From NCBI GenBank assembly GCA_973851085.1, contig OZ316776.1, positions 14,508,001 to 14,572,000 on the forward strand: a stretch of 64,000 nt of DNA, given 5' to 3'. Positions 23,589 to 38,600 of the stretch are shown here, piece after piece (the stretch's first letter is position 1; each line of letters starts with the position of its first letter). This DNA comes from Ptychomitrium polyphyllum. Its lineage: Eukaryota. The notes beneath the pieces are model-generated. The model was given only the letters and a program-made list of their open reading frames with translations, ran no database searches and was not told where the DNA came from. The position numbers and the translations under genes are program-made.

Positions 23589-26554
23589 TTTTATATGTAT
23601 AAAAAAAATACTTCCAGTTTAATATCATTTATACCAAAAATAACTATAAGTATCAATTACACCTAGAGGTACTAGTTACTTAAGTATTTTTCTTGTTAAT
23701 GGTTTTTAATAAATTTTAATTATAATAAATGATATATAATATGTTAATATCAATTATTTTTTCTTGTATTAGATGGCTCTATTCAATGATTTACAATCAA
23801 AATTTTTACTTTCTTCATTCTTCTTGCAACATACCATCATGACAATTTAAAGTTATAATAAGTAATAATTCTTCAAATTACTATGTCTTTCAAAAATATA
23901 CTATAACTCAAATTTATAATTTTTTTGCAATTATGCAAATGCTGCTAAGTTCATATCTAACTGGGTAATAGAACCAGCTTATGTCCCATTTCCTATATTT
24001 GTCACCATTAACATGTCCATACCTATGTTTTATCTCATGCCTGCTAAAGCAACTAAGCAAGTTCTATCTAAAATTTAGTAGTTTAGCACTATTTAACTGT
24101 AATAAATCCACCAATATAATGTTTCTTTTGTACTTTCGAGGTGAAGTGTTGAAATCTTTGGATAGGATTAAGCCAAAAAATTTCATTGCACGTGCCAGTT
24201 TTTCTTGATAAATACTTCAGTGTTCATTCAACCTGCAAGCCAATGTCTTAGATTGGCGGAGGGGTTTTCTGGCAAAAGTGTTGATCAACCTGCTGCATGA
24301 TCAAAGCCTTTCTCAGAATCCTGAAATCTGAATAAAACATGCCGGTTTTGGTGTTTGAAAAGCTGTCCCAGTGTGTTCTGGAGTATAATATTGGCACTGG
24401 CTTTGGGTAATATTATGAAGCATGGCAAAGTGTCATAACATCCTTTAGCACAGGCACCTGGTCAAGCTGGAATAGGGGGGCTGAATCCCTTTATTCCCTT
24501 GATCTAGTGTAGAACTACATTTGCTAACAAAATCTGATGCCTCCTCAAAACAAAGAGTTGATGATAACCTCTATGCAAGAAATCATGGCTGGGATGGACT
24601 CTATATTGCTGCATCAAAACAGATTTAGTGAATTGCCAAAATATGCCCCCAGTTTTTTCCCCTTGGCTCTAGAAATGGATAACATATTCTATCGTGTTGG
24701 GTGGGCTAAGCAGCTGGGAGCCCCGATAAGAGCCTCTTCTGGAGTCGTGACCGCATTGCAGTTGGCCAAATGCTGCCATTAAAAAATCCCATGTATGTGA
24801 CTTCCATAAACCTTGTGCTTCATGACATTGCTTATAAGCTAGTGAGTCCATTAGGAGGCAGATGGGACTAACGGCGCAAACGTGGGTTGCAGGGCTGCCC
24901 TCTTTTCATCTCAAAAGAAACCAGTACTGTTTATTCCAGATTTCGCGAAGATTGCAGTATAGCGTCTAAGACCAACAATTCTCGGGTCTTGATTTGAAAA
25001 CAGCTGTAATGGCTCTTGGCAATACCTCGCCTGATTTCAGCAAACTGCACTACAATTACCAAAAGACAAATGTCTAATGCTGTATGTAGGTCGAATGCTT
25101 GAAACGCCTTAAATTCTCCATACGACAACACCAAAGCCGAATCTTAAGTGTTTGCTTTAAGTTCTCAACTTCTTGCAAGTTGCTACGTGGTAAAGAACTT
25201 GCCTCTGTTCTGCACTAGGGTTGATGTTTGTGAGATGGCTGCAGAAGCACTTGTACTTCGGTGGTAAAATAATGATCCAGTCATTCTAGTATAGAGCAGC
25301 ATCCTGAAAGGCAAACTTCCTGTAAATGAACTTTATAGCTAGGCTTAAGGGTAGTCAGCTTCACAACAATGCCTGTGACGAACCGGATTTTCTTATCAAC
25401 GATGACGTCAATTCTGATGCCTAGACACAGTTTGTAACCTGCCCTACTGGCTCTGAGTCTCCGACACAGATGCCTTATTACTTGACCGATATAATCCGGA
25501 ATGCTACGCAGGTTTAAGAAAACTGTTTAAGACCTCGAGTTGCAAAACCGAATACGACCGCAAGGAGTCAGTCCAATTTCTTATTAATTTTCATTGATGT
25601 GTCTTTAAAACTCAAGTCATTCCTATTTGAAACTCAGGCGGAGTATGCTGAAAACTGGATAAAATTACTACAAAGTAAAGTAGTAATCCTAACCTTCTAG
25701 TCTGGTATGTGTTCAGATCCCCGTTAAAAATCAAAATATCACAAGTAACGATGATCGTCACCAAAGATTCTGTGTTGCCATTTCAACCAAAGTGCAACGA
25801 GCCGATTGGTAAATATCATGCTCCAGCTTCGAACATAGCATGATATAAGTGAACCTCCCACAAGATTACGGCTTGGGGAATATCATCACTAAATTCTCAT
25901 TGAACCTCATCCTGCTTCAATGCTCTGTGAATTCTATGACTCCAGGCCCACATCGCCATCTTTCTTGCGCCGTTCAATACTAGAACACCCATAGCTTCTC
26001 ATGAACTTGTCAACACCTTCAGGCTTCGGCTTCGCTGACAAAAATTAGCAGCAAGATTCAGACTAAATTGAAATCATGGATGCATCAGCGCAGCTGTGTA
26101 ACTATGTTAATATTTTCTCTAACCTACCTACTCTTTCAGATGCTTGGAAGACCGGATTTCTAATAAGCTTGAGGATTTTGTACATGCAAATTGGCCAATG
26201 CTAATTTCTTGGCCGGGTGCTTGGCCCGAGTTTGTTTGTCAAGTTCGATTAATCAATATTGCCACCAATGCAAACGTCTATCAGACTCAAGTGAAGAAAA
26301 TTGGTCGTCTCTCTCACTACTGATCGGGTTTTGTAAAAGCAGGTAAGTTGATAATCTCCTTTGGGCAATTCTGATCCAGCCGATTGTTCTCTTAGGAAGT
26401 ACATACTCATGTATTGCAGAACTGCTGGTGTGTTGGCTGTCTTCTCGTGTAGGACTTCCAAAGACTTGGAAGCCTCAACATAATGAAAGCTTATCACTTG
26501 CACGATCTGATGTTCGTTTCATTGAATAATCATGAGCTGTGCTGCAAAATTTCC

Positions 26555-29500
26555 TCATTCCAGCACAGCTGGGGGATGGGGGTTATCTTGAAGTCTTGTT
26601 TCGAGCTTCTTCACGGCCTTCTTCCAGACGAGTCCAGCTGCTTTGATAGACGCACGCAGGCCACTCTTGTTTGGATCTTTATTCTCCAGCAGACGAGAAT
26701 CAGAAGTGTTGTTACTATTGAGACTATCAGTCTCGGAAATTTCATCCACATCGGAAAGGGCCCTGGGAAAGTACTGCCTCTCAATGGTGAAGTGTTGATC
26801 AAGAACAGACCTAGTGGATCCATCTTCAGTAGAAAGGACCGCTGAATCTATAATACTCTGGTCAGAGACCCTGCTAATTGCCTGATCCTTGTCTGGAATG
26901 TCAGAATAGACCCTCATGGAGTCCCCAGGCATGTTTGCATCCTCACAGTATCGTTGAGCTTCAAGAGCCAGGCTGCTGGTGCTGGACGCCAAACTAGTGC
27001 CGAAAGAGGTGATGTTTGATTCACAAAGTTCTGCAGGGGTATTATGAGGCTCATGGCTTGCAACACCTTGTGGCTTACTTGATACTCCGACCTCATTGTC
27101 TGACTCTGAATTAAATTTGTTTGACAAGCATTGCTCTGACTGCTGTCTTGCACTCAGTTTCCGAGATAGAACTCCCCACAAGCCCTTGGGCCTCTCCACA
27201 CTCTCCCTGATTTTCTTTGTAAGTTCCTGTTCAAAGTGGTCATAGCAATCAGTTTATTCTGCCACCCAATGTGAAACAAACACGACTAACGATGTTGTTT
27301 CTGGGATCAAAGTGCGAGTGTGCATCATTCTGTGACTGGACTGCATATGTACAGACAGACAACGGTACCGAACTAGATATCTTGGAGTTCCAGCTGTTTT
27401 ACCGATTGTCATACTTCATACAAACCAACATGTGAGAAATTATGTTATATCCCTTTGACGTATCCATGCCATTCGATAATAAACTATCTGACCTGTTCCT
27501 CGTTGACTTCGAGATTCAGGTTCTCACGTATGGCTGCAATGTGCATCTGGGTCAAGGCTGGCGAGAAAGCTCGATGTAAAGGGCTGTCTTGACCTGGTGA
27601 GGAGCCTGCAGATTCAACATTGAATAAAAGCACTTGTAACCATTTGTCCAGGTTTTGCTTCCCAATCTGACGTAATTTCTCATCATCTGTATCAGAAGCT
27701 TGTTGTCTCCCAGCCTCATTTTTCCGTACCCGTTCGAGATGAGTGGCTAGTACCTGAGGAAAACATATTTCTTCAAAATCTCCTTGGAAAATAAGGTATT
27801 TCATAAAATGATCGTAAAGTTCTCTGGCATATTGCGTCATATATAGGACGTCTAGGAAAGTAACAGATGCCATTCATGGGCGCAACCCGTGTCTCCAAAT
27901 CACGTGATACATTGACAGAGGTCAATTCTCAACGCAATAAAATTTGAGTTGCTTCTGAAGTTCCGAAAAAAATGATGAATATGCAACATTTGGCCATCGC
28001 ACTGCCCTACTTTCCAAGCAAGAGGCCTGCATACGGAAACTATGGAATCACACATTATCGGAACCTAAGAGTATAAACAATCAAACCTGTTGAAGCAATT
28101 CATCGAGGTGTTCTTCGGATTTCCGTAATGGACTGTCCTCCATAGGTGCCCCAACTGCCTCCAAGGAAGGAAATTGAAACTGAACATGTTGAAGAAGTTC
28201 ATCCAGGTACTCCTCCTTGTAAACAACCCCCTTCTCAATCGTGTTGGGTACCAAATCTTCTTTTGAATTCTCGGATCGCTCCACTATGACATTCTTCTGT
28301 ACTTCTTGTTTTAAGAAAAGAAGGTTTTTCACTCCTGCACTAGGAACATAGATACCATCTCTTGTCTCACACTCTGAAAATTGCACATGATCATGAATTT
28401 CACAAGTATCCTTCAAATCCATACCGACATTCTCGATACGAAGGAATTCCGCTCGTGTTTTGCAAACCGGCGGAGCTTCAACCTCGGATCCGACATCTGC
28501 ATTTGCTAATCTACTGACGTGCTCGATATCACTGTGGTGCACTTCTTGAGGAGTTTGATGGTGCTCGCGGCTCAACTCATCATCCGCACTCTCACTCTGG
28601 CTTTTACTTCCTGTCAAACCGTACCACTCTAATTGTGAGCATTCACACTAAATATATAACGATCGAAGCAAACAGAAATATTAAGCTCTTTGAGGTGCTA
28701 AATAATCTAAAATATATTTGTAGGTCCCATATCCTGTGCTAAATCCATCCATCAGCCAAAAGTAAGTGACCCTAAAGACTTTCTATAAGTAGTTCTGAAG
28801 TGTTCCATGTACCTCGATTTTCTTCCGAAAGCATGAGAGGAGTAGGCCATTCGCTTTTAGTAACCACCTGGTTGAGTAGAATGACATCCTTGGTGCTATT
28901 ATGCGATGTCGCCTCATCACTAGAAACCTTCACTGGCAGAAGGCTGGTTACTTTATAGTTCTCCAACTTTGTAACGTCTGCAAAAGCCAAATAGTTCAAA
29001 TTTTCAAATGATTTTGTCTCATATATCAAATTCTTATTGGAGAGTTTTATTAAAATACAGATAATGCTACACTAGGTCTAGTAAACCAAAAACCTGAAAT
29101 AGGTTTAGCAAGAAATAGCCTGGGATAGGTCTTTTGGAATTCTCCCCCGGAGAATATGACATGAATATTCATCCGGCTCAAATAATAGGCCATGTATAGA
29201 GTGTTGAAGAAAATTGGAAGGTAAATGAGCATTTCATGAATTTTCTCTTTCGAGAAACGTAAACTAATAAAATGAGGAGTCTTAGCATGCATATACAGGT
29301 ATTCGGAAAATACCATCAGCGACTTGTTTGTCAAGTGATTTCCGTGCACAGTCTTGTTCATTTTGATCCAATAAATCTTTTTTCCGCCGATTCTCCGTGC
29401 GCCTGCTGTAGACTTCAATCGCAGTTTCATCTTCACTATCACTATCAATCAAGTTAATATCTTGGAGTAGAACCTTCTTGTATACTTCTTCATTCCCATC

Positions 29501-32500
29501 TTCACAATTATCTGGGAAGGACACACAACTACTCACATCTACGATATCCCGGCCCTGCATAACATCCTTCTTTTCCATAACATTGATCGAATTGTTTTTC
29601 GAACCCGATTCTTCTACAGTAGCCTCCAGAATTCCTCTTTGAGAATAATTTTGTAGCAGGTCCTTTTCTGCAGCTTCGCACGAAGCTTTCTGACAATCAA
29701 GACGAGCCTTGAGTGCATTGCAGGCAGCTTGATTCAAACGTGCCTGCTCTTTATATGAGATGCTCCTTCACAACCAAATTTATGCAATGAAGCACAGCTT
29801 TAGAATCCTCTAAACATTCTAGTTATCCATACAAGCTTCCTGCATCACGTGAGCATCAAATTTCATTGACCAAAAATATGATCAGGAATTACTGAGAACA
29901 AGGACTAAATAGAGTAGAATTCAGGAAAATGATCACATTAATCGACTATAAGATTAAGTCATGATGTTGGCGGGAATAGATAAGAGAGTCAAAAGCTTAC
30001 TGGTGCATGGTATCGCGAATCATCCGTTCCAAGCAGAGGCGATATGACGACTGGGTCTCTGCCCACCTCCGCTGCTTCTCAACCCTTCGTTTGTGTTTCG
30101 ACAAAACTGCCTCAAGCTCCACGGCATGTAGCCGCTCTCGTTCGTTTTGTTGCTTCAGATTCATAACAGTCTTCTCGAGCTCTGCTATTTCAACCTCTTT
30201 CTCACGGTTTTCCTCTTCTCGCATGATATTCACTCGGAGTTCCTGTAACATCTCAAAGAAGAGAAAATTAATCTCGTATCAAATACCGTGAGCAAGGTTT
30301 AAGGACTTGAGAGACTATGTACAACTCTTGTATATACTGGAAGCCAAGATGATCTTCCTAAGTACTTAAACAGATGATCAGATGCGACATTATTTACATT
30401 CCGATTGTGCCATTCTAGTACAGAAGAGAACGAAAAGAAAGGCAGGCGAAATTCGAAATCTTCATCTTCGTGACTGAAAGTTTGAAAGATGTCTAACCTT
30501 CTGCAATGTAGTGGTAGCTGAAGACTGACGGTCCAAATGATCACTCTTGCAATTTATTGAGGATGCTGGCTGCATGTTCTCCTTCCCAGAATTTTTCCAA
30601 TCGACTCTCATTAAACGATACTGCTTGAAACAACAAAGAAAATACACTCAACGCGGTGATCCAGAGGCTATTGTCCATGCTACAAACGGACAGTGCAAAC
30701 AATGAACTCAAAGCAATGACTTATACTTAAGAGCTTGTTGTCTTGGTGTAAAATAAAACGAGAGAATTCACGGTTGTTATCTGGAGCTATCATCGCCTAA
30801 ACTAACTGAGACTAAGAAAATTAATTCACTATCTGAGGTGTACAGATAATTGGTTGTCTAAAGTTTGTCAAAAGGAAACACAGAAATATCTGTGTCAGAG
30901 TTGCAAGAAATTTGTTCTTAAGCACAAAGTTACTAAGGTTACAAGAGCTTCAGCACCTTTGTACAATGAAATTGAATTTAGCACCTTTTCCTTAAGTTGA
31001 ACGGTTGAGCGATTCGAAAGAGCAGGTTCGTTTCCCTTATTCTCCCTCCAACCACCTGACCCAAATTTATTGACTGCTGGACACAGTGCATCCTCGTCTT
31101 CTGTGCTCCACCGTTGCCTGGCTTGCATTCCTATCAAAGCAGTAACTGATATCTTTATGCAAGGCTGATACAAGCTAGAAGTAACTATTCTAAAAGGTGG
31201 AAGAACAGGCAATAAACTATAAAGGATCAATATTTGCAAGAGAGTACACAACAAAGTACGTTCGGATGCCTTAATTAGAGACCTTAGCAGATATAGTAAG
31301 CTTTTGACTATATAAAATGTGCAGTAAAGCAACAGTTATTAGGGACATCTTGATACGAAGATACCTGAAACTGGAGGTGCATCACGAACTACGAGAGCTT
31401 TAAAAGGGACACACGGTCGATGAGCTTCTTCGTTCTCTTTGTGAACTATCACAATAGCTGCTGCAGCTAAACCACATTGGGCCTTCTTTTCACGAAACTG
31501 CTGAGGCCATGGACGACATTCTCCAACATGCTCTCTTGCAACTGACTCATCCTCTCCTCCCGAAAAAAATAAAGCAAATGATCGCTTCCTGCACAGCAAA
31601 AGCATATCAGAGTCTACGATTTGTTTCAAGCTTGACTACAGATTCTCGCTACGCATAACGCCAGCTGATACAATCACTTAACAATTTCATGGTGTAGGGA
31701 ATTTACAGATAGGGACAGAGAAGAAAATTGTATAAATTTAGTACCTGAAATCTGCATTCTTTGATGCGAAGGCAGAGAGAAACTGGTTGATCGAACAACC
31801 ATGTTGCAGGTCCCACCAGGGCACCAGAAACTCGAGTCGGTTTTTCTTCCGCTGATTTGCTTGCCACTGAACCACACGCAAATTGGTCACCACCGTCCTT
31901 CCTCCTCCTGGACATATGATACGTGAAACAAGGCCACTTCAGAGGGGGAAAAACAAACAAATACAAATACGTCCGGGAACTCTTTGAAAACGACATTAAA
32001 ATTCGAAGCCTCGCACTTGACAACCAGCATTAACGGCTTACTTAGAGTTGAGGTGTGGTAAGGGTTTAACATACGAGAATGAGGAAACCAGTAATCTATA
32101 TCCCAAGCAAGCGGTGACGAAGGGTCGGCATTCCAGTACACGACATTGCCGTAAGGATCAACTCTGAACTTTGCCGGGTCAAATCCGGCATTTCTGCATA
32201 TAACAACAGTATATTCAGCAAATACCCTGGTTCGTGTCTGTTTAACTACTCTTTGCAAGCAGACACTTTAGACTTAACCATTTAGTCCATCATTTGTCTA
32301 TGACATCCACAACTCTTCAATTGTCACATCGCATTATCAGCGCCAATGTGAATGCTAGAAATTTGGTTCAACGACAATTCTGAAAACCGTCTTAATAATT
32401 AATAAACACCGTTATACCTTATTAAAGTTTGCCAGGAGCTCAAACTGGACCATGTGGAATGTTCTCTGGAAACAAAGATTCTCAATAGTATTCTAATCCG

Positions 32501-33830
32501 TGGAATGAGTTTGAGACTTGCTTCTCCAGGTCAATGTGACGTCAGATAGTTTAGACTATCATACCCAAGGTGGTCGAGTTGCTGCCACATCTCCTCTGCA
32601 TACTTGCGTTCATTTTGAGGATCTCTCTCTGTGACCGCCACTGTCGGGAACAAACTATCCCATTCTCTCAATGTCGCAAACTGCCATAGACACCGAAACA
32701 TAAGATTACTGTCGACAACTCCCCAAACACTAGTGCAACCACATCGCTCGCTGCTCACTTTCAAATCTTGATTTATCATTATCATTTCAGGATGATAAGA
32801 AGAAGCATTGTACAAAACTCCTTTAGTGAAATATCAATGTTTTATCCTATAATACTGGAAAACTTTGAGATCGGCCAACGTGTGCATCCTCCACTGCCCC
32901 AATCTAGCATTCAGTTTTTTCAATGCTGAACGAAAAAAATATGGACTCTAACACTGTTTCCATCAATACTCCCCTTCAAGTAAGGAAAGCACTTTAGTGC
33001 ATTTAGAAACACTAAGATCGTAACTGACTGCTGACTTCAAGTTTGGAAAGCCACAAAATATTGCCTTGTCGTCACCTCAAGGATGCCAAGGCGGCAACTT
33101 GATCGAGAGAACAAGAAAGATCACGTTTGAATAATGACTCTTAATAGACATGCAAAGTGCTCATGGAAACACCTATGAGCTTGCCATAGGGTGCTTAGGC
33201 TGCCAAAGCTTTTCCCAGTAGAAAGTGATTTAGGAAGCCGCAGCTACATTGGACAAACTGCAGGTTTTCCGGTTTTTAAAATAGAATTCAACTTCACGTG
33301 AACAACAATTTCTCCGGTTTCCTGTGACATTTGAACTCTCTATTCTCCAGACCGAGTCACCCACAATCACCACTTCACGAATACGTAACCTTCACTGGAA
33401 CTCCTGTAAGTTATCACTCTTGAAGCCATGAGTTAACAAAATAATTCTGCCATTTCTGGCCCAGTTTCCAAGTTCAAGCACAGTGTCTAACAGCAGGGGA
33501 GTTTAATATCAAACTAGTGTAATTCCAACTTTAGAGCTCGATTCGCACCAATGACTTGGCTATGGTGGATACAGGCCTGAGACTTGGCATTTAGCTGAGA
33601 CCCATAACACCAATAGAGCGAGGGTAAAGGAGACTCACATCTTCAGATTGAGGAGAATACGGAAGGAAGCGTAGGGGCGGACCCTCCGTGAAAGGAGTGC
33701 AGAGTCCGGGGAGCTGCGTAGAAGCATGACGGCAGAGCTTGGGGTAACCATGCGGATAACCCAGCAGTGGGTCTACCGTTCTCTCCTCCGTCGACATCAG
33801 CTTCGATAACAAATCGACCTCCATAGTCAT
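26555..33830 (-). CDS. conserved plant coiled-coil protein with an N-terminal HNH-like motif and a telobox-type Myb domain (~1138 aa). Exons 33830-33639, 32680-32565, 32193-32075, 31907-31745, 31588-31365, 31130-30985, 30620-30498, 30242-30001, 29765-29314, 28977-28813, 28628-28087, 27753-27493, 27226-26555
   Basis: All 12 introns are GT-AG and the phases close to 3417 nt. Recognisable plant family blocks: DPLLGYP..Y.KLCR, QLDHLGNAGFDP..FRVDPYGNV, LEFLVPWWDLQ, AETQSSYRLCLERMIRDTMHQSISYKEQARLNQAA and IGKQNLDKWLQVLL. The donor at 28813 is the least certain. Confidence 0.85.
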
Positions 33831-36800
33831 TTTCTATTCAACTCTCACCGCCTCACCACTTCTACTAACCCCCCGAATCTCAAACACTCATCACGAAGTC
33901 CACATGGAAGCCTCCATAGCTGATCAAACATTCCTGTGCCCACACACTAGACAAGCTCCAGCACTCAAATATTGTTGACAAGCTTAAAACTCACCACCAC
34001 TCTCAAACCATCCAACACAAACATGCTGAATGATCAGCTACGGAGTACAAGACGATTGAACTGCAACCACTAACTCACCATCACTCTTCGTAACACCACG
34101 ATTGCATGTTCTCTCCAACACAATGAACGCATGCATAAGCTCACAAAAACATCACACAACTCAGCGGATCCCTCCCAACTGCCCCGTGGAAAACACGAAC
34201 TTGGCCCCCAAAGACACGAACTTGGCCAGGAGATTTCCAACGTTAGAAATAGTTTCAGAGAATTCAAATTTGGTTCAGGAATCGTAACGAAGGGAAGTGG
34301 CCTGACGAGGAACAACAGCAGCGGTGATGATAGATTGACATGGTGCAGGAGTTGAAAGCCTGGGAGTGGCTCAGAGAGTGAAGTCTAGCCAGCTTTGTGC
34401 TGAGTAAAGGAGAAGCAATGAGAAAGAGATGCTGCAGCAACAACAGCAGCGGTTGCAGTGCGGATTGTACACAGTGAAGGTGAAGTGAAGATGAAAACTT
34501 GAATCAGCGTCCCGGTGGGTGAAGTTGAATGCATTAGCGAGTGTGTGTAAGTTGGACTCCTGAGATGGGATACCCGGCAACGGCCTCCTTCAGATTTCAA
34601 TTCTCAGTTGTCAGGGCCATCAATGCACACTTGTCGCAGTGCGCATTCCAATTCCCCGCCCAACTGTTCTGTCCCCTTTGGGCTCTCCTCTACGCCTTGG
34701 GTCCTGGGGCGGTCATTTTGGTGCCGTCTAGGTGGCCTTGATCCTGGAGCTTTTTTTAATCTGGTAAGCGGAAACTTCTACTCAGTCTGGTGCACAATCT
34801 CGCAAGGTTTCATATTGCTTTAACACACTATATATGTGAAACACTATTACGTTTCTTTAGGTAGATATACCACCTGCAGACAATGTTCAGCAAAGTTCAG
34901 CACTTGGAGACGATTGTGTTTTAGTAGTGTTGAGTGGCTATGTGTATGTGACTCCTATTTTCCAAGTTTGATACTTTTTGAATTATTAGTTTTCCTTTTT
35001 GAATAAACCATTTGAAAGTGCTTTTGCAGCAGTTTGAATTAGAAGCCTCTCTGAGGTAGAGGACACCATGTTATATCTGAGTATGCTAAACAGAAATGCA
35101 GAATTGAATAGTTTCCTCATCCACATCCAAGATTCTGTGCAGATGGTCATCCTTTGACAACAGTTCGTGGTGGCATATCTGAAAAGTTATAGCAACGAAA
35201 CAGTCAGATGCAGAAACTTAGACACAGAAGTTTGGTAGCAGGCCTGGATTAGATTCAAAGCACCTACCTATTTCAAAGCTTTCATCCTAACTTGTCCCAC
35301 ATAAAACAGAGATTTCATCCTAACTTGACATTCTGTCTAGTGTGGGACAAGAGTGCATGATATAATGCAAACATTAACTTAGACTACCTTAGGTAGTAGC
35401 CTTGCTGAATGTTTGACTTGGCAGAAATCTGCCCAGTTGTATCAGTGATCAACTTTTGCATCCAGTACCTGTAATCATGCATTGCTCCCTTGTCTCACAT
35501 GAAACAGAATGACAAGTTAGGTAAAACATGTTGGATTCAAACGACTGACTGCTAGATGCCAAGGTCCGCACTTTCAATGTTGCGAGCCCTTTCTCACAGA
35601 GCCTATTCAATATTCTTGGCTCCCAGTTCTGTCTCACGTGCTGTACACTTACATTTGGTACCTGTATTCATGGGTAGATATTTGAACATGGTAACTGCTA
35701 CAACCATGCTAGTGTCAACAGAATTCAAAACCCTGATAGAGAAAAAGTAACCCAGTCCAGGTAGCTGCTCTAGATGATTTTTTCATTTTTGAGAGTAGTG
35801 TATCACTGCTGCTGCCATTATTAAACCCTCTCAGGGATGAAACAAACCTGACGGAAAAACTTAGTAGGGTACTAATTGAGACATTCTCAGAGTGCACTGC
35901 ACTGATCTCATGCTTGAGAACCCTTTGCTTGAGGTGAAAGGTTAAGTTAATGAATTTTGATGTGATTTCCCACCACTTTAAGGCTTCAGCACTGATTATG
36001 TTGCCACACAGTCCTTGCAACTTCAATGCAGCCATAACAGAACCAATCACTACTTGTGTCTCCGTTTAAAATGATGTCCTCTTTTTCATTTCTTGTCTAC
36101 ATTTAAGACAGGGGCTCAATGTATGGTACATACAGTAGGCTGTGATTAATACAATGTGAGGTATGCCAGCCTATCACCACTGCTATAAGGATGTTTGAAC
36201 TCCCAAACATGGAGCTTTTTTATGATGTATTATGATGATAAAATTTAAGGTTTAGAAGAGAATGGAAGTATAATCATGAAGTTTTTACCCTGCATGAAGT
36301 TGGTATGTATTATTTTTTGCTTATGCTTGTGATGTCTTCAAGGATATTTCATACCACTTTGTAGGTTCATCACTTTGTATCATGATGAATAGTACTAAAC
36401 TTCTTTTTCATGCAATAAAATTTGCTAAACATCATATAAATGGTTAGTTTAATTAGGTGCTTTATTAAATGTGTGGTGTAGGTCATTCAAATTAGAATGT
36501 AGTGTTCTTGCCACTTATGGCTTAGATTTATTCCTTTGTTTTTCTCATGTGTTTTGTTGTTCATGGAATGTTTCCATGAGTTCAAAAAATTAAAAACCAA
36601 AATAATGCAACCATAATTAAAACCGTTATTTTTTTTGGTAAGAACTACATTTTAATTGAAACTAAATACAAATTTTCAAAATATTTATTGTATTGTTATT
36701 GAATAATATTGTATCTCCAAATTTATTAATATCAATAACAATTTTTTCTTTTTATTCTTTTGAGTTGCATGCAATCAAAATATAATCAATTTTATAATAA

Positions 36801-37599
36801 AGCAAATATTGATAAGTATTATATTAGAAGTAAAAACAATAAGACTGTTAAAAAATATTCATATTAATAAGACCTTAAAGAATTCAAATATCATTCTAAT
36901 AAAGTATTTTAATATGCTAATAAATCATTATAAATTTTATTAACTTAATAAATAAAAAAAATTAGATTAATCATAGTTTTGAAATAATATAAAATAAAAA
37001 AGGTATGATAATCAATTTATTTTAATATTCTATTTTTAAATAAAAGAAATCATTAATTTACCTTAATATAATTAAAAAATAAAATGAAAAATAAGTATTT
37101 AACAGTTGCAACTTTATACATCAACAAACATATTTCATAACTTTAATATTATATTTACATTCTATACTTCAATTGTCCTATAGAAGCTATGTTTTATTTT
37201 GGCAATAAAATGATAAATTATTAAAATCTTAACATAAAAAAACCTATTATAAATAACAATGTAAATAAATATATTAAATAAAAATCAAAACTAATTAAAA
37301 AAATTTATTTGATGCTTAATGTGTATTATACTAATTAAACCACATATCATTGATATTCTTGAGTCTTAATTCATATTTTATAGAGTTTATTTCTAGAAAA
37401 TTCAATATATCAGTAAACAAATATTCATTTAATGAAAGCAGTTTTGTATAACAAAATGACATTAAAAATGCTTCAAAAACGTGATAATAATATATAGATT
37501 ATAAATGAATATGGTTGAGAATTGAAGGATGTTTTTGTATAATGTTCTCTTTCAAAAGATGCATTTAATCCCTATTTTATTTACATTAGTTACAGAAAT

Positions 37600-38600
37600 T
37601 ATAAAAATATTCAATTAAACTAGAAATGATTTTTTGTGAAAGTTTAGCAAAAAATAATTAATACATAGTCAAATTTTAAGCAAAGCATCACACTGGAATT
37701 ACATATTAGATATGGTGTCTTTAAAAGTATTTTTAAATTCTTTAGAAATTTTCAAAAGTAGTTCAGAAGTATGTAAATTGTTTCTTTAGTCAACTTCTTT
37801 GTCCAACTTTTTTACCTTACAAAAGCTTCATTTTCCATTCATTTTCTTAAATCATTAATAAATTGAAGCAATTGAATTGTTGAATGAGGCACATAGCATA
37901 TTATGATGTTTTTGTATACCAAATTGCTGTTAAAAAATTAAGTCATAACTTTCAATGAATTCATAGATTCTTGAAACTATTTTTATTATTTTGTACAATT
38001 GTGCTTTCATTATTCTAGATATTAAAAATTGTTTTACTTGAATGTCCATTATTGGCCCGAAATTGCAAATTTTAGACTTATATAAAACTTAAAGCACACT
38101 AATGTAATCAGACTCGTTGGAAAACAAGGATGTTTAGTCATAGTAGTAACCACACAATTACACACCTTGCTTTATGATTTCAATCAATACAAAGTATTCA
38201 AATTGTAAGTTTCTACTAAAATATTTTAAACACAAGGCCTTTCACATGTTTCATTGGTAGTCTTTGGAGGTTGTATTAGAAGACCAATTGTTCAATTTTT
38301 TTCTATTTAATCTAATGTTGGGCAAATTCAATAGACTTGAGCTTGCCCTAGTTGGATTATATAAAATTCAATATGGATTGGCACTAATAAACTATTGTTT
38401 CAAAATGTTTGCTATAAAATGGATACAAAATGTAATGCAGAAGCTAAACAAATACCAATATGATGGATGATAACTAAATAAATAAGGCGCAAATTCAATT
38501 GGTGAAGAAGAATAAAATGCTTGCAGCCTTAAAAATATTCTATGAAGAAGCAAGTTGAAAGAGAATAATTTCTATGGTTTAGAATAGTTTCAATTCATTT
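37600..38600 (+). mobile_element. highly decayed hAT-like transposase remnant in an AT-rich block
   Basis: WNYILDMV (~37694, TRWNSTxxM-like), ILD.YIKL-like (~38070) and ERIIS-like (~38560), in hAT order. Very degenerate. Confidence 0.35.

Noticed and set aside
25930..26035. Exon-like minus-strand segment (KPKPEGVDKFMRSYG...) downstream of the 13-exon gene
   Set aside because: It lies after the 26555 stop with no supported in-frame join; at most a 3'UTR or alternative exon.
35291..35351. 11-bp inverted repeat CTTGTCCCACA/TGTGGGACAAG with a nearby 15-bp direct repeat, as a possible miRNA or MITE
   Set aside because: The stem is too short for a pre-miRNA and there is no TSD.
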